This document shows positions 9,256-19,946 of a DNA stretch of 64,000 bases, in pieces. The notes below the pieces were generated by a model, which was not told where the DNA came from, made no database searches, and was given only the letters and a program-made list of their open reading frames with translations. Position 1 is the stretch's first letter; each line of letters opens with the position of its first letter. The stretch is from NCBI GenBank assembly GCA_965218695.1, contig OZ244651.1, forward strand, positions 2,272,001 to 2,336,000, written 5' to 3'. Both the position numbers and the translations under genes were made by a program. The DNA comes from Nitrosopumilus sp. (GTDB lineage: Archaea > Thermoproteota > Nitrososphaeria > Nitrososphaerales > Nitrosopumilaceae).

Positions 9256-11733
9256 TTATACCTTCACGGATTGCCGTCTCTTGTAGACGCCAAGATATAT
9301 GCCAATTCCGACTGTTATTGCAACCAGGAGGGCGATCCATATCCCGTACTCGGGTCCGGTCTCCACAACCTCAATTTCAGTGACGGTTTGGGTGGGCAGA
9401 CTGGTGCTGTCATCAACCACAAGAAAACTCGACTCGTAAAAGTCGGGTTTTAGGACCGACTCTGACACTGCAAATATCTTGATGTTGCCTGCGCCGATTC
9501 CAAGGCTTTGCGTATCCTCTGCAGCCACCGTGATCACGGTACGGTCTGCACTTATCTCCTGGGTCTGGGACATCACCTCCCCACTGCTGCTTGTCAGAAA
9601 GTAGATGATTGAATCTGCGCCATCGGTACCTATCTCGATCTCAAGGGCCTCTCCCTTTTGAACGATGTCTGCTACATCGGCATATTGGATGGTGGGGAAC
9701 TTGACCTCCTCAAACTTTGACCACTGGCCTGCCGGGAACGGGTATGACTCGTCATCAAATGCGCTGACACGGATTGTCCTTGCCTCCGGACTGTATGAAT
9801 TCAGGTAGAACGGGCCGTTGCTTATCACTGCATGATCATTTTCTGCAATCCATGCTGCAGACGCGCCGTACCGGTCCTGAAGGTATTCTGTATCCAAGCC
9901 ATCCAGTGCGGCAGGCACATGTCCCTCATCGTTGAACTCCAGCAGGGACTCCCTTACGAGGCCTGCATCGTTTGGAATCAGCAGTGAAAGCCAGCTGATG
10001 CCCTTGCTTGTGGCAGCTGATCTTGAAAATGACGCCTTTCCGTCAATCACCACGTCTTCCATGGCTGCTGTGATCTCCCACGGTACGGAGCTCCACAACG
10101 AGGCCCAGTCTGCAATCTCGTTTTCATCAAAGTGCCAATAGTCCACGTAGACCTCGATGGTGTCATCATCGACAGGATTTACGCCGATTATTGTCTGGGT
10201 GTACTGGGAGGCCCTTGGCGTAAATGACGAGTCAAACGTCTTGTCGTTTTCACCGGCCTCGCTTCCCCATTCCATCACAAAATAAAGCGAGTACATGATA
10301 TCGTTCATGTCCATCCATTCCCCGTTGTGCCATTTGCTGAACTTGAAGTCAAATGTAGCCTTGCTTGTGGCAGACGCGTTGTGTGGCACATTGGTCCACT
10401 CCTGCAGCAGCGGATCCCATGTTATTGCCCCGTCCGGAAGATCCAGCTTGCCGTCCGGCCCTGCAGTCTCAACCTGGTAGTCTGCCCTTACCGGAAACGT
10501 CTCCCCGGTGTACGGATGCTTGAATGTTGCAGGATCCGACAGGATGCCCCATATGTGATTGCTGTAGACGTCTGTCAGGCCGGCCACCGGATTCCACGAA
10601 CCCTGGTAGATGTGCTTGACTCCTATGGCGATGTCCCCGTCATCGCTTCTTGCATTAATCGGGGTGAACCTGGTTGGAATTCCTGCGCCAAAGTCGTTGA
10701 TTATGCCCGAGGTGCCCTCATTTACCACATACTGGTCAGTATTGCTTGCAAGAAAGACCCTCACAGACTCTGAAATGCCCTCGGTAACCCCGTCCTGAAT
10801 CAGGGAGGCCCTCTCTTCGGCGTCCGAATAGTTTCCGGTGTATATGTTCTGGGTCAGCAAATCCAGCTTTTCATTTTCATAGTTCCAGTACGTCGGATCG
10901 TTGAATCCTGGCATGTTTGAGAACCACGGGGCATACATCTGTCCGATTCCGACGGAGTCATACCTTACAAATGCAGAACTGCCCCATCCTTCCGTGTACA
11001 GGTGCCATTGCAGGCCGGCCGGATCCGAGCCATAGACCACGGCAAAGGCCTTGTTGAGATCACCAAAATCCCTGTTGACTGTGAATCCCATTCTTTCCAG
11101 CTCTGATGCCAGAATCTCGCCTATGGATTTTCTGATCGGATCATCGCTTCTGATAAATATCGTAACCTCGACTGGCACAGAGTCTGCCAACCACACGCCA
11201 TCTGTCTTGACTGCCCCACGCTCAATCATGGATTTTGAGATAATCTCTTCTGCAAGCGCCGGATTGTATACAAAGTTAAACCCCTCCACCTGCTCAATGA
11301 CTGTCAGGTACTCCGGGTGTGACGGATCATAGTATGACACGGTTGGCGCACCAAACCCCCCCATCAGCTCGTTTACAAACAGCTTCCTATCGACCAGATA
11401 GTTCAGTGCAAATCTGGCATCCCTGTCGGCAAATGGGTTGAGCTGTTCGGTTTCGGCCGGATTTACAAGCATGCTAAACGAACCGCCAGTAGAGTTAAAC
11501 ACGTGCAGCCCCCGCTGGGCATCCTTTCCCTCCAGCCTGTCTGAGGGAATGGCCCAGTAGTAGATGTCCAGGTTCCCGTTCCGGACCTCCTCCAGCGCTA
11601 TGTTCTCATCCAGATACTGGATAAACTTGATGGAATCCACGTACGTGCCCTGGTCTGCAAACGCCTCTCCAAACACGGCCACACTAAGAATAATCGGTAC
11701 TGCCACCAGCCACTTCATCATAGTGTCATCCAC
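9256..11733 (-). CDS. ABC transporter substrate-binding protein, family 5 (peptide/nickel)
   Basis: Signal peptide, NPFADRDARFALNYLVDR, ISNGPFYL, C-terminal TM anchor. Confidence 0.85.
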   Translation of the reverse strand: MDDTMMKWLVAVPIILSVAVFGEAFADQGTYVDSIKFIQYLDENIALEEVRNGNLDIYYWAIPSDRLEGKDAQRGLHVFNSTGGSFSMLVNPAETEQLNPFADRDARFALNYLVDRKLFVNELMGGFGAPTVSYYDPSHPEYLTVIEQVEGFNFVYNPALAEEIISKSMIERGAVKTDGVWLADSVPVEVTIFIRSDDPIRKSIGEILASELERMGFTVNRDFGDLNKAFAVVYGSDPAGLQWHLYTEGWGSSAFVRYDSVGIGQMYAPWFSNMPGFNDPTYWNYENEKLDLLTQNIYTGNYSDAEERASLIQDGVTEGISESVRVFLASNTDQYVVNEGTSGIINDFGAGIPTRFTPINARSDDGDIAIGVKHIYQGSWNPVAGLTDVYSNHIWGILSDPATFKHPYTGETFPVRADYQVETAGPDGKLDLPDGAITWDPLLQEWTNVPHNASATSKATFDFKFSKWHNGEWMDMNDIMYSLYFVMEWGSEAGENDKTFDSSFTPRASQYTQTIIGVNPVDDDTIEVYVDYWHFDENEIADWASLWSSVPWEITAAMEDVVIDGKASFSRSAATSKGISWLSLLIPNDAGLVRESLLEFNDEGHVPAALDGLDTEYLQDRYGASAAWIAENDHAVISNGPFYLNSYSPEARTIRVSAFDDESYPFPAGQWSKFEEVKFPTIQYADVADIVQKGEALEIEIGTDGADSIIYFLTSSSGEVMSQTQEISADRTVITVAAEDTQSLGIGAGNIKIFAVSESVLKPDFYESSFLVVDDSTSLPTQTVTEIEVVETGPEYGIWIALLVAITVGIGIYLGVYKRRQSVKV

Positions 11734-11799
11734 ATGTAATCATATATTAATGCCGCTGAATCCCGCGGGTAGTTGGAACTTGCCAGCACCCAAAGCCTA

Positions 11800-12931
11800 C
11801 GTTGTACAAAAAGTAGTTCCTCCCCTAGCCAATGGAGCCGGCGTGTTTGGAAGCAAGATCAGCCTGGTGTTGAGTGGAAGCAGGGGTGTGTGGGCAAGAA
11901 CGATGTACTCCAATCGGTGGCGGCATATGGGAACCCGGAGAGTACGCATCATGAAAAAGCTGGACGAATCGAAGGTAAGGTGGATACTTTCGGAGAAGGA
12001 CAAGGGATCCACCAATTCATGCATCTCCAAGGCCATGGGTGTGTCGCCGCGGTGGATAAGGAGGCTGTATTCCAGGTACAGGGGACAGGAACGCAGCAGC
12101 GTGGCATATCCGATGCACACGGGCAGGCCCGCATGCGGCCTTCCCGGCCGGAAGGAACACTCCGCGGTACTGTGCGCCAAGGGCAATGACCATGTTGGGG
12201 CCGTACGCCTGCACGGGTGCATAAGGGACGTCACCGGAATAAATATTCCATACAACCGCATACACATGGTATTGCGTGACGAGGATCTGGCTGCCAGACA
12301 GCCCAACAAGAGCAAGCGCCGCAAGTGGATCCGCTTTGAGCGCACCTACTCCAACTCGATGTGGCACACCGACTACAAGCTGCTTGACGACGGCAGGTGG
12401 TTCCTGTGTTACGAGGACGACGCCTCGCGGTTCGTGACTGCGTACGGCACGTTTGAGCGCGCAACGGCAGAAAACGCCCTGTCGGTATTGGACGAGGCGA
12501 TAAGAAACCACGGCAAGCCTGCATCCATAATGACTGACCGCGGATCCCAGTTCTACGCCACCGCATCAGAGGCAAAGAAAAAGGGTGCATCCGAGTTCGA
12601 AAAGAGGCTGGCAGAGCTTGGCATCAAGCAGATTCTGGCAGGCGTGAGGCACCCGCAGACCAACGGCAAGCTGGAGAGGCTGCACGGGGAGATCCAGCGG
12701 AAGCTGCCCGAATTTGAGGCGATAATGATGCGCAAGAGCGACCCGGTGGACCTCTTCATGCAGTGGTACAATTACGACAGACCGCACATGTCACTTGGCC
12801 TAGACGGGGAGGAGACGCCAGCCCAGGCGTTTGTGCGCAAGATGCCACCCAAAGGAGAGATAGTAATAGACGAGCAGACAGGGGAGGAGTATCATGTGGA
12901 GTAAGGGAGGAACTACTTTTCGTATTCCACA
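11800..12931 (+). mobile_element. IS481-family element (type A)
   Basis: TIRs share AAAAGTAGTTCCTCCC; right end ...CCACA; flanking direct repeat AGCACCCAAAGCC (13 of 15 bp). Confidence 0.88.
11951..12904 (+). CDS. IS481-family DDE transposase
   Basis: N-terminal HTH, WHTDYK, DDASR, TDRGSQF, HPQTNGKLER, YNYDRPH. Confidence 0.93.
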   Translation: MKKLDESKVRWILSEKDKGSTNSCISKAMGVSPRWIRRLYSRYRGQERSSVAYPMHTGRPACGLPGRKEHSAVLCAKGNDHVGAVRLHGCIRDVTGINIPYNRIHMVLRDEDLAARQPNKSKRRKWIRFERTYSNSMWHTDYKLLDDGRWFLCYEDDASRFVTAYGTFERATAENALSVLDEAIRNHGKPASIMTDRGSQFYATASEAKKKGASEFEKRLAELGIKQILAGVRHPQTNGKLERLHGEIQRKLPEFEAIMMRKSDPVDLFMQWYNYDRPHMSLGLDGEETPAQAFVRKMPPKGEIVIDEQTGEEYHVE

Positions 12932-13150
12932 AGCACCCAAAGCCACCCACACATGTTTGATGCGTCTGCACCGTCTCCAATTGAACTCGGACAGGCAATA
13001 ATCAAGATGCAGTTTCCAAGACATGGGGCTTTGAATTTGGACTACGATGTTTGTTGTTCCAAAGTCGCAACCGGCAGATCCGGCAACGCACGAAGCAGAA
13101 ACGGCAGGTACGCTCAAAGGAGATGGCGCAGGTACCGCAACCGCAAAGTT

Positions 13151-13519
13151 CTACCCTTTGTCTCTTTCAATACCCCTCTTCCTGTCGTAGCGACGGATAA
13201 TTATTGACAGGACGGCGCCTGTTATGAAAAGCGGGCTGGCAGTGACCAAGAATGTGAGAAAGAATACGAACCTTTCGGTTTTTATCTCGCATGGCCACGT
13301 GATTCCGTCCACCGGACATGGTGGAATCTGCGTTTCCCATGGGGGGCAAGGCTGCATGATCCCGTTTACCTCATACCAGCAGTTGTCAGAATTGTACGTG
13401 GCGGCAGGCTCCAGAGGGAGCACCAGCGCAAGAGATGCGATCGTAGCTGACGGGAGCAAAAAGAAGACCCCCAGGACAAGAATAATTTTGTGCCTAGTTT
13501 TCATTTTCTGATTCCCCAC
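13151..13519 (-). CDS. Hypothetical membrane protein with Cys/Pro-rich loop
   Basis: Two TM segments flanking a C/P/W-rich segment; directly follows the DUF192 gene. Confidence 0.55.
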   Translation of the reverse strand: MGNQKMKTRHKIILVLGVFFLLPSATIASLALVLPLEPAATYNSDNCWYEVNGIMQPCPPWETQIPPCPVDGITWPCEIKTERFVFFLTFLVTASPLFITGAVLSIIIRRYDRKRGIERDKG

Positions 13520-13523
13520 TAGC

Positions 13524-14015
13524 CTAGATTGAAATGATGCTCAATACGGAATCCTTGGTGATGTTGTTCTGCTGGACAAACCCGGCTGTGACTTCAAGGA
13601 CATAGAATGCATTACCGTCGGGGACGATGCTTGTGCATGTCGTAATCTCAAGGGCGGTCTTGCACGGGGGAACGTCCTCTGCTATATGGACCACCATGCC
13701 GTCCTGATCAAACCAGATCATGTCAAGGGCGAACTGCATGTTGAGCATCCAGATGGAATGGGGGCCCGGGTCATCAAAGACAAATATCATGCCCTGATCA
13801 GACGGGAGTGGGTCCTGGAACATCAGTCCCCGAACCCGCCTTGGGTCAGTGTCTGCAATCTGGACCTCAAGGGGGATGTCGTCTATCAGGATTGTTCCCC
13901 TGGGAAACTCGACGGATTCGAGCTTGCTTTCGCTTGGGATGGATATCAGCCCCACGATGCCAATGATTACAGCGGCAATCGAGATTGGCACCAGTGCCTG
14001 CGTCCTGGTGGTCAC
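13524..14015 (-). CDS. DUF192 family protein
   Basis: IADTDPRRVRGLMF, GMIFVF, WMLNMQFALDMIW, YVLEVTAG. Confidence 0.9.
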   Translation of the reverse strand: MTTRTQALVPISIAAVIIGIVGLISIPSESKLESVEFPRGTILIDDIPLEVQIADTDPRRVRGLMFQDPLPSDQGMIFVFDDPGPHSIWMLNMQFALDMIWFDQDGMVVHIAEDVPPCKTALEITTCTSIVPDGNAFYVLEVTAGFVQQNNITKDSVLSIISI

Positions 14016-14116
14016 AAACTAGGTTGGGGTGCCTCCTTTTTAAAACTAGGCTGTCAGGGCGTATGTGCAGTCGGCATGCCGTCCTGCAGGGGTTTGGGAT
14101 GAGCATGCAGGACTGG

Positions 14117-14482
14117 TCAGAGTACCGATTCCTTGAAGCTGCGAATGGTGCCGATTGTGTTTTTTGTCTCATGTCCTATATCGGTAATGGTTGTACCGTT
14201 GTACTTTTTGTCAAAATACCTGCCTGTTGCAATCATGGCGCCGCCTACTGCGCAGCTGACAAACGTTGGCTCCGGAATCCAGATCATGGCCAGTCCGAGC
14301 TTTTGGAGTTTCTTGCCAGGTGCCGGGGCCTTTTGAAGTGCGCCAAGCGAGCCGGCCACGTGCCGGTCGCCCACCTGGGCAACATCAGAGTACATGCTTG
14401 CCATTCTGTGCACAGACGCAGAATGCCGTCTGAGTTTGTCCAGTCGTTCCTTTAGGAGATCTGTCATACAGTGTGCCATCAT
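14117..14482 (-). CDS. Hypothetical protein
   Basis: Coherent ORF with an IPEPT motif and a hydrophobic hairpin. Confidence 0.55.
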   Translation of the reverse strand: MMAHCMTDLLKERLDKLRRHSASVHRMASMYSDVAQVGDRHVAGSLGALQKAPAPGKKLQKLGLAMIWIPEPTFVSCAVGGAMIATGRYFDKKYNGTTITDIGHETKNTIGTIRSFKESVL

Positions 14483-14767
14483 GGAATGAATAGTTAAGAT
14501 TCAATGATCAAATACGATCACTACGAGGTCAATAAAGGATAACAAAATTTCCAGAGCGTCACTGTACAGCCCGTCCGGGAAACACGTGCATGCTGGTCTG
14601 GAGGGAGTCGCCAGAGGAAGAGGCACCATGCAGGAGAAGGGCTCATCCATTGGACCAAGGCAGGTACGGCCAATTCTGCAAGCAGTCATGCCCGGTTTTG
14701 GGGAATGCCTGAATATGCACGACTGAAGGGGACATCCAATTATACTAGAATCAGCCAAAGGGATTAG

Positions 14768-15232
14768 ATGAGCGACAAGAGCGTAAGAAGGCTTGACTCA
14801 ATCAAGGCCGCCCACCGTCTGGAGAGGACCAAGTCAAGCGCCAGGATGGAGGACTATCTGGAGATAATCTCCGAGCTGATAGAGCTGAAGGGGTATGCGA
14901 CCATGCAGGATGTCTCAATGTACATGAACGTCAGCGCGCCAAGCGTGACCAAGATGCTCAAGCGGCTTGACGAGAACGGGTTTCTAGAGTATGAAAAGTA
15001 TCACGGCATCAACCTGACACGCAAGGGAGCGCAGGTGGCAGAGGGAATCAGGCAGAGGCACAGTACGCTGCTGGAGTTTTTTGAGATACTGGGAATAGAG
15101 TATGACATGGCAAGCCAGGATGCCGAGGGAATCGAGCACCACCTCAACCCAGAGACGACAAGGCAGCTGGGAAAGTTTGTTGCGTTTCTGAAATCAAACC
15201 CGGAGATCATCAAGGAGTTCAATAGTCTCTAA
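14768..15232 (+). CDS. DtxR/MntR-family metal-dependent repressor
   Basis: MEDYLE, VSAPSVTKMLKRL, RHSTLLEFF, DAEGIEH. Confidence 0.92.
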   Translation: MSDKSVRRLDSIKAAHRLERTKSSARMEDYLEIISELIELKGYATMQDVSMYMNVSAPSVTKMLKRLDENGFLEYEKYHGINLTRKGAQVAEGIRQRHSTLLEFFEILGIEYDMASQDAEGIEHHLNPETTRQLGKFVAFLKSNPEIIKEFNSL

Positions 15233-17066
15233 GGCAGACCCGGATGTCGTCAGACGACTTCAGGCCGGTGATCTTGTGGGCAGTCTCAGAGCGGCGCGGT
15301 ATCTTTATCTGTCCCCGCCTGCCTATCCGCACAGGTCCCAGGGATTCATCGCCTGCATAGAGGTCTGCATGCATCGAGGCGTACCTCTTGCTGACAGTCA
15401 GGAATACTGCACCCCGCGACTCCGAGAAGGCGAACGGAAGGTCGCCGGACTCTGTAGCAGCAGCAGCATCATCATCATCCCCGGACTCCCTCTTGACGAT
15501 ATCAACATGGATGTTGAGGATCTTTTGAATCGACTCGATGTTGGAGCCGCCGCGGCCGATGATTGACCTGATGGACCGCTCATCCACTGACACCCTTGCC
15601 CTGTTCTCAGATACCAGTTCCACCTGCACGCCCGGATCATACATTCGAAAGGTGTCCTTGATCCTCTCTTCTGCAAGCTTTTGGAGGCCCGCCTTCTGGG
15701 ACTTGCCTGCAACCGGCACGATTACGTTCTCCTCGCCAAACGTATAGATCTCGTGCTCAAGCGTGTTGTCATCAAAGTCCCGTACCTCTATTACCGGCCT
15801 TGCCAGATCAGACTCGGTCATCCCCGAGGGGACCTTCACCTTCAGCTCCAGGTCGTAGACCTTTTTGATTCTGCCGTCCATCACAAAGATTACAGTATCC
15901 AAAACGTTGGGGATTATTCCAAGTTCGATCTTGCCTATGAAGCGCTGGATTGCGTCTAGGGGCGAGTTTGCATGGATCACCCCCACCAGTCCTACCCCGG
16001 ACATCCTCATGTCTGCAAACGTTCCAAAGTCCTCCCGCCGCCTTACCTCGTCAAATATGGTATAGTCCGGACGCACGAGCAGCAGGATGTCGGCTGCATT
16101 CTCAAAGCTTCCGTCGAGCTTGCCGTACTGGGTTACTCCCGAGTCAACCTGCAGATCCCTTGGGGACTCGAATGTCTTGACTATCTTGCCTTGCTGGTGG
16201 TAAAAGTTTCCGATGCTCGAGGCAAACGTGCTCTTCCCGGAACCGGGTGCGCCCGATATCACGATTCCCTCTGCCCTGTCAGTAAGGCGCACCATCAGCT
16301 TGTCAGATACCGAATAGTCCTCAAGGGTGAGTCTTGCTATCGGGTGCACTATTGTTATCTCGATCGATTCTGAAAACGGCGGACGCGTTATGGCTATGCG
16401 GTAGTCCAGGTACTGTACGACAGATGCCCCGGTCTTTGAGATCTCGACTGTGCCGTCGTCTGAGGCGTCAGCCAGGTCCAGTATCTGCGAGGAGATGAGG
16501 TTCAGGTACTCTGCAGACAGCGTCTCGTCGCCTATGACGGCCAGCAGGAACGCGCCAGGCCGTCCCCTCTTTGCCATGGGCTTCTGGTTCTCCTTGAGGT
16601 GCACGCTCATGGTCTCAGAGTCAAAGAACTTTAGGAATTCCAGGGTTGTGCTGTGGCCGGCATCCCTCAAAAGGACGGTCCGTATTCCCTGCGCCCGGGC
16701 CACCAGGTGCTGGACACGGTCTGACGTGTAGAGTACCGCCCCGCTGTCCCTGGCCATGTCTATGACAAGGGCGTCTATTCTTCCCCCGGCGGCAAGCACG
16801 ATGTCGTCGCCTGAGGGATGATCCCCCCTTGTCGCAACCTGCAGGCCGTAGCTGCCGGATATGTCTGCAAGCCTCTGCATCTTCTTGAGCCCCTCAAACC
16901 CCTGCTCCCTGTTCATGGACGCCTGGGACTGCAGCTCGTCGACGACTGCCTGCGGTATGATAATCTCGGAGTTGCGTATGGAGCCGGACTCGATCTGGGC
17001 GATGAGCTGGCCGTTGATTATGACGCTTGTGTCTGCCACTATCTTGGACATTATGCTCATGAGCAC
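15219..17066 (-). CDS. PINA-type ATPase (PIN domain + P-loop ATPase + KH domain)
   Basis: VADTSV PIN start, GAPGSGKST Walker A, FDEVR Walker B, IIGRGG KH motif. Confidence 0.9.
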   Translation of the reverse strand: MLMSIMSKIVADTSVIINGQLIAQIESGSIRNSEIIIPQAVVDELQSQASMNREQGFEGLKKMQRLADISGSYGLQVATRGDHPSGDDIVLAAGGRIDALVIDMARDSGAVLYTSDRVQHLVARAQGIRTVLLRDAGHSTTLEFLKFFDSETMSVHLKENQKPMAKRGRPGAFLLAVIGDETLSAEYLNLISSQILDLADASDDGTVEISKTGASVVQYLDYRIAITRPPFSESIEITIVHPIARLTLEDYSVSDKLMVRLTDRAEGIVISGAPGSGKSTFASSIGNFYHQQGKIVKTFESPRDLQVDSGVTQYGKLDGSFENAADILLLVRPDYTIFDEVRRREDFGTFADMRMSGVGLVGVIHANSPLDAIQRFIGKIELGIIPNVLDTVIFVMDGRIKKVYDLELKVKVPSGMTESDLARPVIEVRDFDDNTLEHEIYTFGEENVIVPVAGKSQKAGLQKLAEERIKDTFRMYDPGVQVELVSENRARVSVDERSIRSIIGRGGSNIESIQKILNIHVDIVKRESGDDDDAAAATESGDLPFAFSESRGAVFLTVSKRYASMHADLYAGDESLGPVRIGRRGQIKIPRRSETAHKITGLKSSDDIRVCLRDY

Positions 17067-17235
17067 GGCAGGCGCCCTAAATTACTTTTCTAAGGCCGTC
17101 TCGCGAGGGGCCGGGGAGTCATGCCCCCAGAAGGTGCGCCTGCCGGGCCACTCCCTGGAATGCTTGAAGAAAACAGACCTGTCAGACTAAAATAACTTAC
17201 ACTGTCAGAAAAAACCTCATTCCAGAATACATGCC

Positions 17236-17370
17236 ATGCAACCAGACAGAAACCACCGGTTCTACAAGGATTGCGCAGAATACTTTGAGTACCTGCGGAA
17301 GAAATGCGCCACCGACTACGGCTTTGAGGACGAGTATTACTTTACCATGCCTGCCATATCGGGCAGGTGA
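17236..17370 (+). CDS. Small protein (44 aa), below the ORF-track cut-off
   Basis: MQPDRNHRFYKDCAEYFEYLRKKCATDYGFEDEYYFTMPAISGR; aromatic-rich, lies in the intergenic space ahead of tldD. Confidence 0.6.
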   Translation: MQPDRNHRFYKDCAEYFEYLRKKCATDYGFEDEYYFTMPAISGR

Positions 17371-17407
17371 GCAAAAGACTTACCAGTGCATGCATTCCAC
17401 GTAGGAT

Positions 17408-18817
17408 ATGAACCAGGACCTACAGGAGATGGCAGACAGGGCAGTAAGGTATGCTGCAGACTCTGGTGCCAGGTACTGCGACGCCAGGGCAGAAGAGTAC
17501 GAGATGGGTGCAGTGCGGATTGAAGACGGCCAGACCGACCATGCCAACATCACCAGGGACAGCGGCGTCGGGGTGAGGCTGACAGGATCCGGCTCTTGGG
17601 GGTTCTTCTCGGTTACGTGCCCGCAGTCATTCGAGCAGATTAGGCGCGGCATAGACGGCATCCTGGAAAGGTCATCAGGTTCCGGAATAGGCCTGTATCC
17701 GGGTACCGCCGCAAAGGCCGGGGTGGTGGACTATCCGGTCTTGAAGAGGCCGGACATGGAGGAGATGATACGGGTCGGGGTACAGTGCGGCAAGACGATG
17801 CTTGGCGTTCCGGGGGTCATAAAGTCGACTGTGGTCCCGCAGTACTCCAGGTGTTCAAAATACTTTGCAAGCAGCGAGGGTGCAGAGATTCTGCAGAACT
17901 TTACCGACGTGACGGTACACATGGCTGCCACCGCACACGATTCCGGACTGACGCAGTCAGTGGATGCGGTCGAGGGCGGAAGGGGAGGAATGGAGATGAT
18001 TACAGACCATGACAGGGCATACCAGACCGCACAGGACATTGCACAAAAGGCATCGCAGCTGACCGGCGCAAGGCCGGCAGCAGAGTCCAAGGCCACGACG
18101 GTGGTGATGAATCCGGACTTTGTAGCGCTGCTTGCCCATGAGATATTGGGCCACCCTTCAGAGGCCGACAGGGTGCTTGGAAGGGAGATGGCATGGGCCG
18201 GCGGCGCATGGTGGAAGGGCATGACGGGCCAGAGGATCGGCTCAGAGGAGCTCAACGTGTTTGATGATCCCACCATCAGCGGAAGCCTGGGATGGTACCG
18301 GTTTGACGACGAGGGGGTCAGGACAGAGAGGACTCCCCTCGTGCAGGACGGGGTCCTGACAGGCCACATGCAGAGCAGGGAGACGGGGAGCGTCTTTGGC
18401 ACAAGGCCGACGGGAAACATGAGGGCTGCAGACTACAGGCACATGCCGCTCATCCGCATGGCCTGCACCTGCATCGGGGGCGGCACCCAGAGCCCAGAGG
18501 AGATAATAAGAGGAGTCAAAAGCGGATACCTGATATCGAACATGAAGGTGCCGTCAATCGACATGAGGCGGCACAACTGGAGCATCTCGTGCCAGTATGC
18601 GCACAGGATAGAGGACGGCGTCATAACGGACCTGTGCAGGGACGTGATAGTGGTGGGGAATGCGCCGGAGTTCTTCAAGTCGATTGATGCGTGCGGGAGT
18701 GACTTTGCCGTAAGGCCGATCACCAACTGCGGCAAGGGCGATCCGATGCAGGCTATGGGGATGGGAAACGGCGGCCCCACGATCCGGGGAACGGCGACAG
18801 TCAGGAGTGCAGGCTAG
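17408..18817 (+). CDS. tldD: TldD/PmbA family metalloprotease
   Basis: HEILGHPSEADR, FDDEG, CGKGDP. Confidence 0.9.
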   Translation: MNQDLQEMADRAVRYAADSGARYCDARAEEYEMGAVRIEDGQTDHANITRDSGVGVRLTGSGSWGFFSVTCPQSFEQIRRGIDGILERSSGSGIGLYPGTAAKAGVVDYPVLKRPDMEEMIRVGVQCGKTMLGVPGVIKSTVVPQYSRCSKYFASSEGAEILQNFTDVTVHMAATAHDSGLTQSVDAVEGGRGGMEMITDHDRAYQTAQDIAQKASQLTGARPAAESKATTVVMNPDFVALLAHEILGHPSEADRVLGREMAWAGGAWWKGMTGQRIGSEELNVFDDPTISGSLGWYRFDDEGVRTERTPLVQDGVLTGHMQSRETGSVFGTRPTGNMRAADYRHMPLIRMACTCIGGGTQSPEEIIRGVKSGYLISNMKVPSIDMRRHNWSISCQYAHRIEDGVITDLCRDVIVVGNAPEFFKSIDACGSDFAVRPITNCGKGDPMQAMGMGNGGPTIRGTATVRSAG

Positions 18818-19408
18818 ATGGACAGGCTGGAGATCCTAAGGCAGGAGGTGGTATCCTGTACAGGATGCAAGCTTCACAAGACCAGGATCCGCGCAGTCCC
18901 GGGCGTCGGGAATCCTGCATCAGATGTCATATTTATCGGGGAGGCCCCCGGGAGGACAGAGGACATGAGAGGCCAGCCGTTTGTCGGGGCCGCAGGCCAG
19001 AGGCTCTCCCAAGCACTGGAGGCTGCAGGAACGTCAAGGGACGCAGTATACATTACAAACGTTGTAAAGTGCAGGCCGCCGGACAACAGGGTTCCGGATG
19101 CCGCAGAGAGGGAGGCGTGCAGGAGGCACCTTGACGAGGAGATGCAGGCAATAAGGCCGAGGATAGTCTGCATCATGGGCAATACCGCGTTTGGCTCCAT
19201 ACTGGGCAGGACCGGCATAGGCAAGGTCAGAGGCAAGATGTGCAGAATGGGTGATCAGCTGTACTTTCTCACCGTGCATCCGGCAGCCACCCTGTACAAG
19301 CAGGAACTGGTCGGCGTGCTGAACGGGGACATTGCAAGGCTCTTTGAGATAGTCAAGGATATGAGGAGGGGCATAGATGTCAGGGCGGACATTGAATATC
19401 CTTCCTAG
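18818..19408 (+). CDS. udg: Uracil-DNA glycosylase family 4
   Basis: CTGCKL, IGEAPG, FVGAAG, NVVKCRPP, HPA. Confidence 0.93.
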   Translation: MDRLEILRQEVVSCTGCKLHKTRIRAVPGVGNPASDVIFIGEAPGRTEDMRGQPFVGAAGQRLSQALEAAGTSRDAVYITNVVKCRPPDNRVPDAAEREACRRHLDEEMQAIRPRIVCIMGNTAFGSILGRTGIGKVRGKMCRMGDQLYFLTVHPAATLYKQELVGVLNGDIARLFEIVKDMRRGIDVRADIEYPS

Positions 19409-19946
19409 GGAGTTTTACATGCAGGGTACGGTCCTGGCCGCAAGAAGCCTTCTGGGAAAGAGGCTGGTCAGGAGGACAGGCGGCGGCGAGATCTCAGGAA
19501 TCATCACGGAGACTGAAGCCTACGGGCACGCAGATGATCCGGCAAGCCATGCATTCAGGGGCGCCACCGAGAGGAACAGGGTGATGTTCGGAGAGGTTGG
19601 CACGGCATATGTCTACTTTACGTATGGAATGCACTTTTGCTTTAACGTGGTGGCAAGGGACGGGGCGGCCAAGGCAGGCGCGGTCCTCATCCGCGCAATC
19701 AGGCCCGAGAGTGGCATGGAGATAATGCTTCAGAACAGAAGGGTCCGCGATGTAAGGATTCTTTCAGACGGGCCTGCAAAGCTGACGCAGGCGCTGTGCA
19801 TCACACGGGAACACTCCGGGATCGACCTGACAGCAGGCCCCCTCCTGTTCATTGCAGAGGGCATCAGGGCAGACAGGATTGCAGCCTCGCCGCGCGTGGG
19901 GATCAGAAAGGCGACAGACAGGCTCTGGAACTTTAAGATGGGCTAG
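19377..19946 (+). CDS. mpg: DNA-3-methyladenine glycosylase (MPG/AAG family)
   Basis: ETEAY, AYVYFTYGMH, AVLIRA, GPAKLTQAL, RVGI. Confidence 0.93.
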   Translation: MSGRTLNILPREFYMQGTVLAARSLLGKRLVRRTGGGEISGIITETEAYGHADDPASHAFRGATERNRVMFGEVGTAYVYFTYGMHFCFNVVARDGAAKAGAVLIRAIRPESGMEIMLQNRRVRDVRILSDGPAKLTQALCITREHSGIDLTAGPLLFIAEGIRADRIAASPRVGIRKATDRLWNFKMG

